A stretch of DNA of 63,785 bases, the filler included, from Craspedostauros australis (taxonomy: Eukaryota), in assembly GCA_030167865.1 (NCBI GenBank). It is 16 parts of 16 records of this genome, joined end to end, with 100 filler letters (N's around TTAATTAATTAA, not from the genome) between each part and the next. Parts side by side here need not be neighbours in the genome. Positions count along the whole stretch, not along the records: positions 1 to 14,912 come from JALAGF010001540.1; 15 more parts are not named here. One strand, given 5' to 3'. Shown piece by piece: positions 1-11,840 of this stretch; the first letter of the stretch is position 1, and every line of letters begins with the position of its first letter. The position numbers and the translations under genes are program-made. The notes under the pieces were generated by a model, which was not told where the DNA came from, searched no databases, and was given only the letters and a program-made list of their open reading frames with translations.

Positions 1-918
1 TTGCTCTCCGCACATGTAGTTACACTGCAGTGTAGGTCATGACAATCAGTGGTGACGGTCATGAAGCAGTGGCTGTGGCTGAAGCTGACACTCGGATTCC
101 ATTGCTTGAGTTGAAGCAAGTTGGATACGCATGNNNNNNNNNNNNNNNNNNNNNNNNNGTCATCAGCAATGAAGGAATCGAGATAAGTTTTAGTAAGGAG
201 GATCTGAAGAGCATATAGTTCCCAGGTGGGGTGTGAGTCAGGTCGGTCAGGTTTGAGTCATGATGGATTCGTGAATGGAGGAGAGAAAGGAGGAGAAAAA
301 GGTTTGGTGGTCAATCAAGTCGGAAGATTTCGCGCCAAAACAGGAATTTCTCCCATCGGGTTGATACCGTGTTCGGTACTAGTCTGTCCCTCATTGAATC
401 TCAACTGTTGTGAGCGTTTCTTAGTCAAGGGGATGCCAAGTTCCAGCTTTTCGTTGAACTTTGGTCTCATTTTTTGCTTTTTGGCTGACGCTTGTTGCCC
501 ACCCAAATCCAACGCAAACCACAACACTCCTCTCTATCACACACCAGTACTCACTCGATGGTCTTGCTGTCGTTGATTCCTTCCTTTCTTTGTGGTGATC
601 CGCAACATGCAATCACCGTCGTAGTTGCAAACTGTGGTACTGGCCTGACAGGAAAGGGGAGAGAAAGAGCGAGAAAGAGAGGACAGAAGCAAACCGAACT
701 TGGCAGTCTGCACCATTCATAGCCATTACTTGCACGAGAGGCCGCGTCGAAGATCCATTGTGAAACAAACTGACGCGTTTGCGCAACAGAATCGAGTCCG
801 AGCAGAGATGTTTCTCACGCTGCCGACCTTCCGCATCTTCATTCTGTTCACAAAACCAGAATCTCGCAACCGAGAAGCAAAGAAAGGAGAAACAAGGTGC
901 GTGTGGATTCTGCAATGT

Positions 919-977
919 GTATCGGTATCGGTATCGGTATCGGTATCGGTATCGGTATCGGTATCGGTATCGGTATC
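919..977. repeat. (GTATCG)n microsatellite, about 10 copies
   Basis: Perfect hexamer run; it produces the VS, YR, DT and IP pseudo-ORFs in the track. Confidence 0.95.
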
Positions 978-1522
978 ATCGCCCGTTTTCTTCCTTGATC
1001 GGCTTGTTGTCTTGCTCGTCGGATGTGGAACAACAACGGCATTAACATGAGCAATTGCAATACCAGTACCAACAACCATGGAACACGCTTGAAGCGTCTG
1101 CATTACCATCAGCTGATCGACGGCGTTGACGGAGATTGATGAGGGCGCAGATCGAAACAACGTGTGGAGGCACTCTGCGATGGGTGCGATGTTGGTCTTG
1201 CCAAGACAACCACTCGCAGACCAACGATTTCAAACCCACTTCCTCGACATGTTGTGTCACAAGTGTGGATGGGAAAGGGCCCCCGCTATCGTTGTCAATC
1301 TTGTTCCTTGCGTTTATGCTCAATCTCGGAATGTTGATCAACTCACCCGCTCAATCACTCACTCGCTCTCCCCACCTACCTAATACTCCACTTCGTCCTA
1401 TCATCGGCTTCCCTGAATTGGTCTTTCCATAACCTCAATCTCCGATCTGCACGCCAACTCATCATGAAACTTACAGCATAATCTGAAATCGAATTCAAAC
1501 AATCGCACATCATTTTCTACAG

Positions 1523-4002
1523 ATGAAATTCTCAGGTATGTCAATCCAAAGGCAACACTTGTGATGCGTACGAGCACGAGCACGAGCACGATCACGAGAA
1601 TGATGAGTATGAACAACAACAGCCGCATCACCCAAACCTATGCCAATCCTCACCTGGCACATCCCACTCACTCCTGTCTCTCCAACAACACCCTCATTTC
1701 ACGTCAAACATGACTCTCCACGATCCACAGTCACCAACACATTCACTGCCCTTCTGGCGGCACCACTCCTCGCTTCCGCTGTCAAGTATGGAGATGAAGA
1801 GTACGGCGACCTCAGCGGCGGACGTTTCTGGGCTTTCTACTCCGGCGGAGTTGCGGTTGTGGACCCAGACTCCTGCACCATCGAGCGTACTATTACCCAA
1901 ACCAAGTCTGGAGAGTCGCTGCCAGGCGAATGGTCCGATGTCATTTACATGGAGAAGAATGCTGACCGGACTGACCGTTTCAACACTGGAGCCAACAAGA
2001 ATGGTTACGTCATGATCAACTCGCGCGTCGCCGTCACCGATGATCATGGCGCGGGAGACGATGCCGGGGAAGTCTTCGTCTTCTCTGCCAACCCAGCAGA
2101 CGCAGATGACCCAATCATATCCAGAGTCATTGTCGGACCACGCCCAGTCCACAGCTACGGTGTCTACCCACGCGACGAGGTACGCCGATCAACGCCAATA
2201 ATCTGTCTTGCGTTGGATTGCACCATCGAAATTCATGACGACAATAGTGTCAGTGCGAATCACACGCGTCGACACCCTGCTAGCTCCATCGCTTGTTCGA
2301 TTGACTTCGGCCAAGCGCCAATCCCAGACTGATCTGAATGGCTCCCAAATATCTTTGGTATACACATACGCCATGCTCTACCCCCACGTGCTTTACGCTC
2401 ATCTTCACCTTCAGTAATCATCTCACTCTCTCTCACACTCTCTTTTGCCTTCTCCCTTTCTCTCTCTTCTTCTTTCTCACATGCGCGTGATACAATGTAC
2501 CCGATGACGTCTTCCTCGACCAACAGTTCTGGACACACTCCGACGGAGATGGCCACTTCTACGTCATCAAGCTCGATGATATCGATCAGCACACAGGAGT
2601 GATCGTCAAGGCTCACATGGACAAAGCCAACCACGGCAAGCTGTTGTGGGACGAGGACGAGAACCTCAAGAAGCACGGCTTTGCGACATCGACAGGTGAA
2701 CGCCACCTCTTCGTCATGGATATGGAGACCAACACACTCCTCAGCACCTACGAGTACATCAATGACCTCGCCAGCAACACCACATGTCGCGGAACCCACG
2801 CTATCTCGTACAGCAGCAGCAACGAGCACCTTTACCTGGAATGCTCCGGAGGCGGCGGTACCCTTGAGTTCGACGTCTCCGAGCCCACTGTCCCCACGTT
2901 CGTGCACCAGCACGAAGATGTGACAGGTGCCCTTTACGAAACTCCAGATGGCTCGTACGTGGTTGCCACTGACAAGGGAGGCAGCAAGATCACCGTGTTC
3001 GAACCAGCGGGAAATGGCATCAAGTCCAGCACCCCGCACACAGTGCAGGCTCCTGGGGGTCCATCCACAATCGCCTTCTACCCCACCGGAAACGCCAAGG
3101 GCGAATACATCGCTTGCTCCCCTCTCACCGGAAATCCAAACACCAAGCACTGGTACGCAGACAAGAGCCTGGCCTGTGACTACGGCAACAACTGCGACGG
3201 TGCCAAAACGGAGGCCGACGTGGCAGCTGGTGTCTGCATGTACGAAGGCGACCCCCAAGCCGCTCGGTCCGGCGAGAAATTGCGCGAGGTCGCTAAAACC
3301 GACATTTCGAAGGTGATCGCAAAGGAGGCACCATACTTTGAGGCATGCAACCGATGCGCATTTGAAGTCAACTATGAGAATGACAAGTGCACATGCACGC
3401 CAAACTGCGGAAGCTGCGTCGGTGAAACCGTCCCCAACCTGGACAACCTCGGAGTCCGTTGCTTCGACATGGGCGAGGTCATCGCTGGGACCACCACCAC
3501 GGCCAAATTGATTCCAAATGCCGGTGGAGTGGTTCAGGGAAACAAGTACTCATACTCCAACGAATGCGGATTCGGCCGCACCTACCGCGGCCACAAGCGC
3601 GGAGGCAAGTACGACGCCTCCATCGCCAACCTCCCAACCAACTCCCTCCAGATCGTCAACATGGAGACCCAGACCCTGAAGTGCGCCGTCGATCTTCCAG
3701 GAAGGCCAGGTCGTGTCACTTACGCCCCACCACAGGCAGGAACCTACAAGCCTGCCACAACCGGATCCCCAACCGGAGCCCCAGTTGCCGCTTCGACAAG
3801 CGATGATGGTACCGTCGGAAATGCAAATGAGGCCGACAACAGCAGCGATGATGATGATGGTCTTTCTGGAGGTGCCATCGCTGGTATCGTCATTGGTGCC
3901 ATCGCCGCCGTCGGTGCCATCGCCTTCCTTGCCAGCAAGTCTGGTGGAGATACCAAGGAACCGCACAGCGAAGAAGTTGCGGTTGAACAGAGTCTTGCCT
4001 AA
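1523..4002 (+). CDS. ISIP1: ISIP1-like (iron starvation-induced protein 1) type I membrane protein, 3 exons, about 645 aa
   Basis: Exons 1523-1535, 1731-2179 and 2527-4002 with GT..AG introns total 1938 nt in frame. Splicing gives signal peptide MKFSVTNTFTALLAAPLLASA, His-rich beta-propeller-like repeats (VHSYGVYPRDEFWTHSDGDGHF, HGKLLWDE), a Cys-rich segment (CTCTPNCGSC), a TM helix (GAIAGIVIGAIAAVGAIAFLA) and a short tail. The family call rests on architecture, not alignment. Confidence 0.6.
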
Positions 4003-4516
4003 GTCGACTCAGGCAGCTTCTCAGTCAGCAGGAGGCTCAAAGAGTACCATGCTCATTGTACGAGTACAAATTTATAATAGGGCAATTTTCACTTCGTAAC
4101 GCAAGGTCCACAACAACACGTTCTCTAGTCGAACCCTCCAAGCCATGGCCAACATTGCGTACGAATTCTCGATTGCCTACTCGTATGGTATAACACCTGC
4201 GAGCATTCTCTCGCCAACGTCGTCTGCAGAACACATTTTGATCCACGAGTTGTGTATGTATAGTATGGTCGAGTATAGTACCAGTGTTCAACTTCAGCAC
4301 CAGCAGTATTGGATGGATATGCATCAGGAATATCGTTGTTGTTGCAGGCGCCATGGCACAGGCACACCAGGGCTGCAGTCGGGACGTTGATAGCATCGAT
4401 CTCGCCTACCATGATTACATCGAATGCACCGACTTGTTCTTGCTGACGCAGCAACATCCATCGCAAGGTGTGGTAGAGTTGCCGTTGTCGCACAAGCTGC
4501 TCACTGAGACGCGCAG

Positions 4517-6367
4517 CTACGGAGTCTGCTCTGTGCACACGAGAATTTCATCGCAGCAATGAGTGCAGCACGAACACACGACGCGAGGCAGCTGGTCATC
4601 CGCCGTCATGTCCGCACAGTCACTACGACTTTCGGTCAGAAAGGAATGCTGCGTCGGATCGTCGCAGAAGATGGGGTCGATGTTTCCAGAAATCATCCCG
4701 TTGCCGGAGACATCGAAGGTGACGAGTTGCCTCAAGTTCTTGAGTTGCGTTGGCACGGCACCTCCCAGGAGATTGGAGTTGAGACGCAGATCGACGAGAT
4801 TCACGAGGTTTCCGAATTGCGTTGGAATGGTCCCCTTGAAGTTGTTGAGCCCCAGATTCAGGGACGAAAGAGACACGAGCAGACCAATTTCTGAGGGAAT
4901 GAAGCCGAATGTGTCGCCCCCCTCTATCTCAAAGCTGGTCAACGTTTGCAGCTGACCGATCTCCGTTGGCAAATCCCCCTCGAATTTATTGCGAGAGAGA
5001 TTCAGCGTTTCAAGGGACGGGAAACTCTCTATCTTTGATGGAATGACCCCGAACAACTCGTTGGTACTGAAATCGAGCTCTTTCAGATGCGTGAGATGAA
5101 ATATGTACGGAGGAAAGGAACCAAAGAGTCTGTTGTTGGGGAGGATGATACGTTCGATGACGCCGTCGTCGTTGCAAGTGACTCCCAAACCGTTGCCATC
5201 ATTCCATGCGCAGACCGAGGTTGGACTCAAGAAATTGAACTGATTGCGCCAGTTTGACGTGCCTGCGACGAGATCTGCTGTGGAGAAAGATATACTGGCG
5301 ACGACGCAACGTTGCAGCAGGTCAAAGTTTCGGGAGGGTTGGTCCGCATTGAGGATTTTGGTGGCTTCTGTGTCTTCGAAGACAAGCCAATAGAGTGTGG
5401 CGAAGATAACGGAGTGTGTGACATCAAAGTCAAGTGCATTCGCGAAGGACGGGGCGCCCATTAGTATTGGCTTGAGAACCGCCTCCATGGCAAGGTATTC
5501 CGGGGCTTTAACGAGCAACATCGTGGGCGCGCTACTCACGTCTTGCAACTGCGTTGGAGCTGCCGTTGTTGTTGATGGCGTTGGGCTCGCAACGGGAACC
5601 ATGGTTGGCTGGCTGGTTGAGTTTAAATTGCCATCATTGTCATCAATGTCACGAATGTTGCTGTTGCTGGTGCTTCCATTTTCTTCCGATCGAAGGAGGA
5701 CCACAATGACAATGGTGACGCCAACGATGAGCAGCACGAGGAAGACCACGACTAGCTTGATCAATGTCGCACTTCGATTCGTGCCTCCGCCATCGCCATC
5801 GTCATTGGCGTTGCTATTGTTGTTGCTGGTCTGGTGAGCAGGTTTCCTGGATGTACCTGTTTGGACAAGGGTGGTTGTTGCAGTTTGTCCAGAGTTGCCC
5901 CAACTGGCGTTGGCGCTCTGGGTTGCGCCGTATGGAGTTTCGGTATCGGCGTCCAGCACGATGGCCATCGGCGGCGCATGCAGCGGACCCCGTGGTGGAA
6001 CGAGCTGGACTGTCGCCATGAGGGTACCATCAGCAGCAGCCCGATGTCGATGCTGAGCTGTGTGGTTGGGTGGCGCCACAGAATGCTGTGCCTCACCAGT
6101 GGATTGTGACGTTGTTGTTGCAGTAGCATGTTCTTCTGTATCCGTATGAATGTTGCTGTTGCTGATGACGCTAGAATCTCCATGGAAGGCAAGGCTGCTC
6201 GTGTGCGTTGGTGTAAGAGATGTGCTGTCCACAGAGGCAACGCTGTCGCGGCCCTTGTCTGCCTCCGCATCGGCCCCAAGGACGCCCTGAACGACGCAAT
6301 TCTCCGCTTCGGCTTTGGCGACCTTTCGATAGGCAGAATCATCATGCGGCCTCGCTTCGTCTGGCAT
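4517..6367 (-). CDS. Leucine-rich repeat receptor-like membrane protein (diatom type)
   Basis: Likely start MPDEARP at 6367; internal TM (LVVVFLVLLIVGVTIVIVVLL), LRRNT-like W..CAW..GVTC, plant-type LRRs (NxLxGxIP), C-terminal CSCCTHC cap. Confidence 0.9.
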   Translation of the reverse strand: MPDEARPHDDSAYRKVAKAEAENCVVQGVLGADAEADKGRDSVASVDSTSLTPTHTSSLAFHGDSSVISNSNIHTDTEEHATATTTSQSTGEAQHSVAPPNHTAQHRHRAAADGTLMATVQLVPPRGPLHAPPMAIVLDADTETPYGATQSANASWGNSGQTATTTLVQTGTSRKPAHQTSNNNSNANDDGDGGGTNRSATLIKLVVVFLVLLIVGVTIVIVVLLRSEENGSTSNSNIRDIDDNDGNLNSTSQPTMVPVASPTPSTTTAAPTQLQDVSSAPTMLLVKAPEYLAMEAVLKPILMGAPSFANALDFDVTHSVIFATLYWLVFEDTEATKILNADQPSRNFDLLQRCVVASISFSTADLVAGTSNWRNQFNFLSPTSVCAWNDGNGLGVTCNDDGVIERIILPNNRLFGSFPPYIFHLTHLKELDFSTNELFGVIPSKIESFPSLETLNLSRNKFEGDLPTEIGQLQTLTSFEIEGGDTFGFIPSEIGLLVSLSSLNLGLNNFKGTIPTQFGNLVNLVDLRLNSNLLGGAVPTQLKNLRQLVTFDVSGNGMISGNIDPIFCDDPTQHSFLTESRSDCADMTADDQLPRVVCSCCTHCCDEILVCTEQTP

Positions 6368-6379
6368 CTTGTTTGTCGA

Positions 6380-6478
6380 TGTTGATGTTGGACGTTGATG
6401 TTGGATGTTGATGTTGGACGTTGATGTTGGACGTTGATGTTGGACGTTGATGTTGGATGTTGATGTTGGACGTTGGAT
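6380..6478. repeat. 13-bp GTTGATGTTGGAY-based tandem repeat upstream of the LRR gene
   Basis: Visible imperfect tandem copies. Confidence 0.85.
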
Positions 6479-8630
6479 GGATGTCGCACTCTGCACCTGC
6501 GTTGCCGTCGAGAATAGCAACGGACGACAGCTTCTTTAGAGTATGGTACTCTGCGCTTCTGTTGGCTGTAAAATGGACACGGCATCCAGGCGACCTTGTT
6601 CTCATTCTTGGTCGTGTGAATGCGCCTGGGGAAGCGCGGTAAATGCTATTTTTGCGTCGATTTTTGATTTGTTCACGCTTGGGGTGTGTTGTGCGGTTTT
6701 TGGGTCTGTCGAGTCATGCACTCATGGGACTACTAGAGCACGCCTTTCCCTTGTCGACATGACGTCGCGCTGATTTGCGTTCGTGGTTGCGATGCCGCGC
6801 ACTGTTCGCACATGCCAATGATGTCCCCTTTTCTCGTTCCACCCTGTCGTGCATGTCCCAACACATCCCCTCCCAGACCCACAACTCGACGCAGCATCGA
6901 TGCAGTCACACAATTGCTTTCCTTCTTTGGAAAGAAGTGGCTGATTTGCAATCATCATTCGTGTTCTCCCCTCTCCTCGCTCAGGCAACCTCCTCACTTG
7001 TCCGAGCGGTTCCTTTTCGCACCGTCGTTGATTTCCACAGAGCGCTCCTCCAACCACAAGCTGTCCGTTGTCCTACTAGCCTACTGAACTTTGTGTCATC
7101 AACCGTCGCGCTCTGCACCGGGAGCAGCGCCATTCCTCCACGTTCCTGTATTAATGCGCACTACGTTGTTGTGTGATCACTGTCGTGCTCGTGTCACTGC
7201 CGTTGTCGAAGGCGGTGAGCCCGCTCCCGTCCAACGTTTGTTTGGCTGTGCGGCTCAGGTGCTCGTTGGTGATTCTCTGGGTTATTCGTTTGACAAAGTG
7301 GGACTTTCTTCAGCAAGCGTGGGTGTCTGGCAGTCTTCTTTCTTCGGGGTGTTGCCACGAGGGCACGAAATTCGCTTTGCATTCCTCGTGATGCTTGTCC
7401 AGTGCGTCCGAGATGCAAACTCAGAAAATAGTATTTGCAACGTCCAACAACGGAACATGGCGCTTTCCCGAATACCCCATCAGTGCAATTGTTTGCTTGC
7501 TCTTTTCAAACCGGGACACCAACCACGCGCAAACTCAACAGACACAGGAAGCTATCGACGACCATCATGTTTCGTGGTTTTGACAGTTGAGCTATTTGTT
7601 CCTAGTACAAGGGATGGGCTAGTTATCGTGTGTTCTGTGCATCTGTTTGGGCAGCCGACCCGTCGCATGCCTCTTGCATCACAGGAACAACATCAAACGA
7701 GGGCAAGCCATCACAGAGGTCAATTCGAGTCAGTGTTGCTACTGTGCTGAATGCGCTTCAGGTGTGCATGACGAGTGCTTGATTTGACTGTTGTCGGTTG
7801 GAGGCAGCGGCGGAGGATTCCATCCACACAGCAAGTTGGCGCAAAGACACAAGGCGCCTCACAGCGTCCAGCATCAGCGCATCCGACTTCGTGACGTGCT
7901 CACTTTGGTTTCAGTCACTGGCGAAAGACGGAGAAATCGCCCCAAACGCCACACAGCAACGAGCTGGCTGTCGCAATCATCCCCCGCAGTTGGAACTGCA
8001 ACACCAACATCGTAACGCACACGAGATGAGCAGAATTTGTCTTGGTTTGATGATGCGCACGCCCGCTGTGTTCACCGTGACAGAATTGGTCATGATTGGT
8101 TGCGCGGTGTAGTGCGAGAGAACAGATCAGACTGTGTGTCTTGCGATTGGGTGTCGGACAGCACATGCGACACGACCTCCACTCTCCAATATTCTTGTGA
8201 TTCGCTGCGATGTGTATTGCTGATGTTATCACGCGCGTCCGTCTGAGAGGAGTCGCGGTGGAACAGATCGAGATGATAACGGTAACAGTTTCCTCCATGC
8301 GAAAATGTAGTGCCGCGCGTGGCGAGAACACGTTTCCTGGATGCGAACCTCCGTGAAGCAAGCACACGAAAGGCGGTTACACAACAAGTGAACGATGTTC
8401 GCATGAGTCCCATACACAACACGATGGAAGCGAAGCACGATCAACATGTATGCCCCTGCAGCTCTTTGTGTCACGATGAGCATTGCTCGGGGTATTTCCT
8501 GCGGATAGTACAGGTGCATATTTATGGGGTCGAAACAGGCCGACCAACGGAACGGACACGAGTTTCTCCGCACGCATGCGTTGAGCGTCACTGTCATTCG
8601 CAACGCCTTTTGTGCAGGTCGGTATGCGAA

Positions 8631-8784
8631 GTCGTACCGATGTCGTGTCCAAGTCGTGTATCAATTGAATCCGTGTCGCGTCCAAGGCACGTCTACGTCG
8701 CGTTCACGTCGCGTTCATGTCACGTCGATTGCTCGTCGATTGCACGTCGATCGCACGTCGATCGCACGTCGATTGCACGTCGAT
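8631..8784 (+). repeat. Degenerate 11-bp tandem array, 14 units (left)
   Basis: Units run in unbroken 11-bp register from gtcgtaccgat/gtcgtgtccaa to tgcacgtcgat/cgcacgtcgat. Confidence 0.85.
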
Positions 8785-9089
8785 TTCTGAAAAAATCGAC
8801 ATGTCCCTTACCGCACTTTACTTATAGAGAGATGTCACAGTATCGTAGGTGATCAGTTCTGGAGACGCTGCGATGCAAAACTCTGATATCAATTGTGCTT
8901 CAGAAAGATGTTTCAATCAAGATCAAATACAAGTGCTAGCATGATATGGATAGTAAGCTTAAGTTCATGCAATCTATTTTTGAAAAGTGCACTCTGCCGC
9001 CCTTTAAAATACAACTAGATTAGACATCGTAGTATGGTCTGCTTTCGCAACATGTCGCACCGACAAAACCGCGGTAATTGCGAGAAATT

Positions 9090-9243
9090 TGGTCGTCGAT
9101 TGGGTGTCGATTGCTCGTCGATTGGACGTCGATTGCTCGTCGCTTGGTCGTCGATGCCTGTCCTGTCTCGTGCGTGTCGCACGTCCATGTCGTGTCGATG
9201 GGGTGTTCATAGGGATCCCATGTCGATCCTGTGTCACGTCCAT
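9090..9243 (+). repeat. Degenerate 11-bp tandem array, 14 units (right)
   Basis: Units run in 11-bp register from tggtcgtcgat/tgctcgtcgat to gtcgtgtcgat/gtcacgtccat; two middle units are highly degenerate. Confidence 0.8.
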
Positions 9244-11840
9244 GTCGCTCTCAACGCATTCCGTTTGAGATGCTCAGTGACGCTTGCGCGAGTGCGAAAC
9301 TTCGGAAGAACACCGATCCGACGGGGCTTGGACATTGGAGCGTGTTCTCCCCCATGTATTGCCCCTCCCTCTTCGACGTGCGGGTGCGTTCGCCACGTCG
9401 GTCACTGTAGTTTCACCGCTCCCCATGTGTGTTGGGGCATAGTATCATGATACTCACATGTGCCAAAAGCGCTCGTGTTCGCTGGAGATCCGAGACGAAG
9501 AACGCGCTATCACTCCCAGGTACTGAGCGTGGCTTTCAATGACTCAACGGACAAACACAGCCTGGGGGATGCGGATAACCTATAATAGATTGTCGTATCA
9601 GTCCACACTGTGTCCGATCGTCACGATCATGCAGCGGTTAACCTCGCCAGGGGAAGAACAACCACGAAGATGCCTTCTACCGGGTCCCTCTCAATTCGAG
9701 CACCATCAAACGTGCATCATCGGTCAGGCCAATCCACGTTCGGGATAGGCTACCGTGTTTGAATAGTCAGACGTGAACGTGCACGTACAGTTTTCAGAAG
9801 TATTTCCTCAACTCTTCACGTCTAGCAACGATGTCAATGAGCGCAAATGAAGATGTTGCCAATCCATCTCGCAATCTGTGTGGTTGCATACATGTGCTAT
9901 TGCATGTCTAGCTTGGTGTCTCAAAGCCATGTGTCTCGGATAGGAAAACTGGCAGGAGCGAAAGCAGTGACTTGGTGTCTCTTGCGAAGCAGTACTTCGA
10001 ACACAACCATTGCACTCTGCGCATCTCTTCGAACACCCAACACGAAACAAGTGATCCTGGGAGAGGGGCCATGCCGAGGTGAACTGGTCCGCGTGGGGGA
10101 AGAGAGCCCCTCGTTTCTGACATGTCGCTCACATTGCGCACCACAAACAAGAAGTTGACGCATTCATGGCTGATAATTAATGATCATAAGTTCAACTTGT
10201 CTCGCATGGCGCATAGCCGTGGCCCAACTCTTCTGTGGACCACGAATGCCGGCAGCTTCCTGTGCTCGTTCAGTCCAGATGATGTGCCGACGTTTCCCCA
10301 ACCAAGCTGAGCGCAAAGAGAACTTCTCCCCATTCGTGTGAGTCAGACTCGAGATGACAACTGATCGGGCGACGTGCGGGAATGACCTGCTCCCACATCA
10401 GTGACTGCGAAAGCGACGTGAAGGCTCATGCGATCTGCATCATCGTTCGCCCAGGTGCAGGTTCACTGCGTCATTTCGAGTCATGTGACGCCACTAACCT
10501 TGCGCGGTATCTGCGCAATCAAACAATTAATCGCATGGATCGTGGTGCGGTCTCGCATGACCACTCCTCATGCATTGTGACGTCACAGAAGGCATAGTTA
10601 TTCCACCATCTCCTGTTGCTGTAGGACAAAACACTCGTTCTCATCAAGATGAAGAAATCGCTTTCGGACATTTGGACAGCCAAGCCGCCCCGTGCATCAA
10701 TCATCGTGCTGGCGAATACCGCTTCGAAGTTCACGCAACTCCATCCACCTTCTCTTCCTATCGCCCTTGCCTCAGTTTGCAAACGGAACATGTCATGTCA
10801 CATTCGGCGAGCGGGATGTGTCCGCTCGCACTCGCTATTCTGGTCAGGACAGACGTGCTTTTCATACCACTTCGTGCGTGAGACTTTGCTCTCTTCCTGC
10901 GTTCGTGGTTGCGCTCACCGTTTCCGCTGTTGAAGCAAGACTGCACAACGAAGATCAAGCCCAGAAAGCGCGTACCTGGGCGATTGGCCTCGACACCGAT
11001 GGTGGCAACATGTCCAAAGACACACAGCCAAAAATTGATGGCGCAGGCGCTGGCTAAGCCCCGTCGAGCTGTCCTGCACTGGGCAATCAATGGCAACAGA
11101 AGTAGCTCCTAGTGTTCATAGCCTCTCCCACGGGACGTCGATCACACGTCTACAGTAGTACCTTTGCGTTTTGTGATGCCAAGCGCACGGACTAAATGGA
11201 CTACTAAGGCAGTCCCATCGGAAAACGACGCCGAAAACGTATTTACCGCGCTTCCCTGGGTTGTTGCGCACAGGAACTGCTGCCGTTGTGGCTCGTAACA
11301 AGGGACGAAATGACCAGCGCGTCATGCGTTCTGGGCGAACACTGGTGAAAAGCGAAGCGTTTGGTTGCACTATGCATCATTCATAACGAGCGGCCGTCCA
11401 TCAGCCTGTGCATGTAAATGGCTTTATTATGATCTGCCCGCATGTACGTGTTGGCAACACATTCGCCACGACTCAATATCGTCCAAGCGGCTTCAATTGT
11501 GTCGTACATACAGCAAAATAATGTCGCAACATTTATGGATTTATGTCGCATAAGACATTCAATCGTCCAATCCTACGCGGATTCAAGAGACATCGTGTGA
11601 CATCACGGGCGGAACGGAATCCTTCGAACAATGATGGAACTGTTGCGAATCCCACGCACACCACCAGACAAACCAACGGCCAGATCCAAACAAATGTTCA
11701 TGTGAGATGCGACGGGATGGGAAAGACCATTTGTCGCAAGCCAAGGGTCGATCCACAACTCGCAGCCGTACCACAATTGTATAACAATACCATACTGTCG
11801 ATACCCCCAACTTCCATAGAGGAAACGAGACCGAATCAAG

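Noticed and set aside
700..1160. ORFs with VS, YR, DT and IP dipeptide runs
   Set aside because: They are translations of the (GTATCG)n microsatellite
1000..1522. Iron-responsive CACGTG-type promoter motif upstream of the ISIP1-like gene
   Set aside because: No CACGTG found by eye upstream; the only nearby copy is in intron 2 (about 2385)
6700..11800. Many 60-220 aa ORFs
   Set aside because: Overlapping, Cys/Arg/Ser-rich random-like translations with no recognisable motif; possibly decayed repeats
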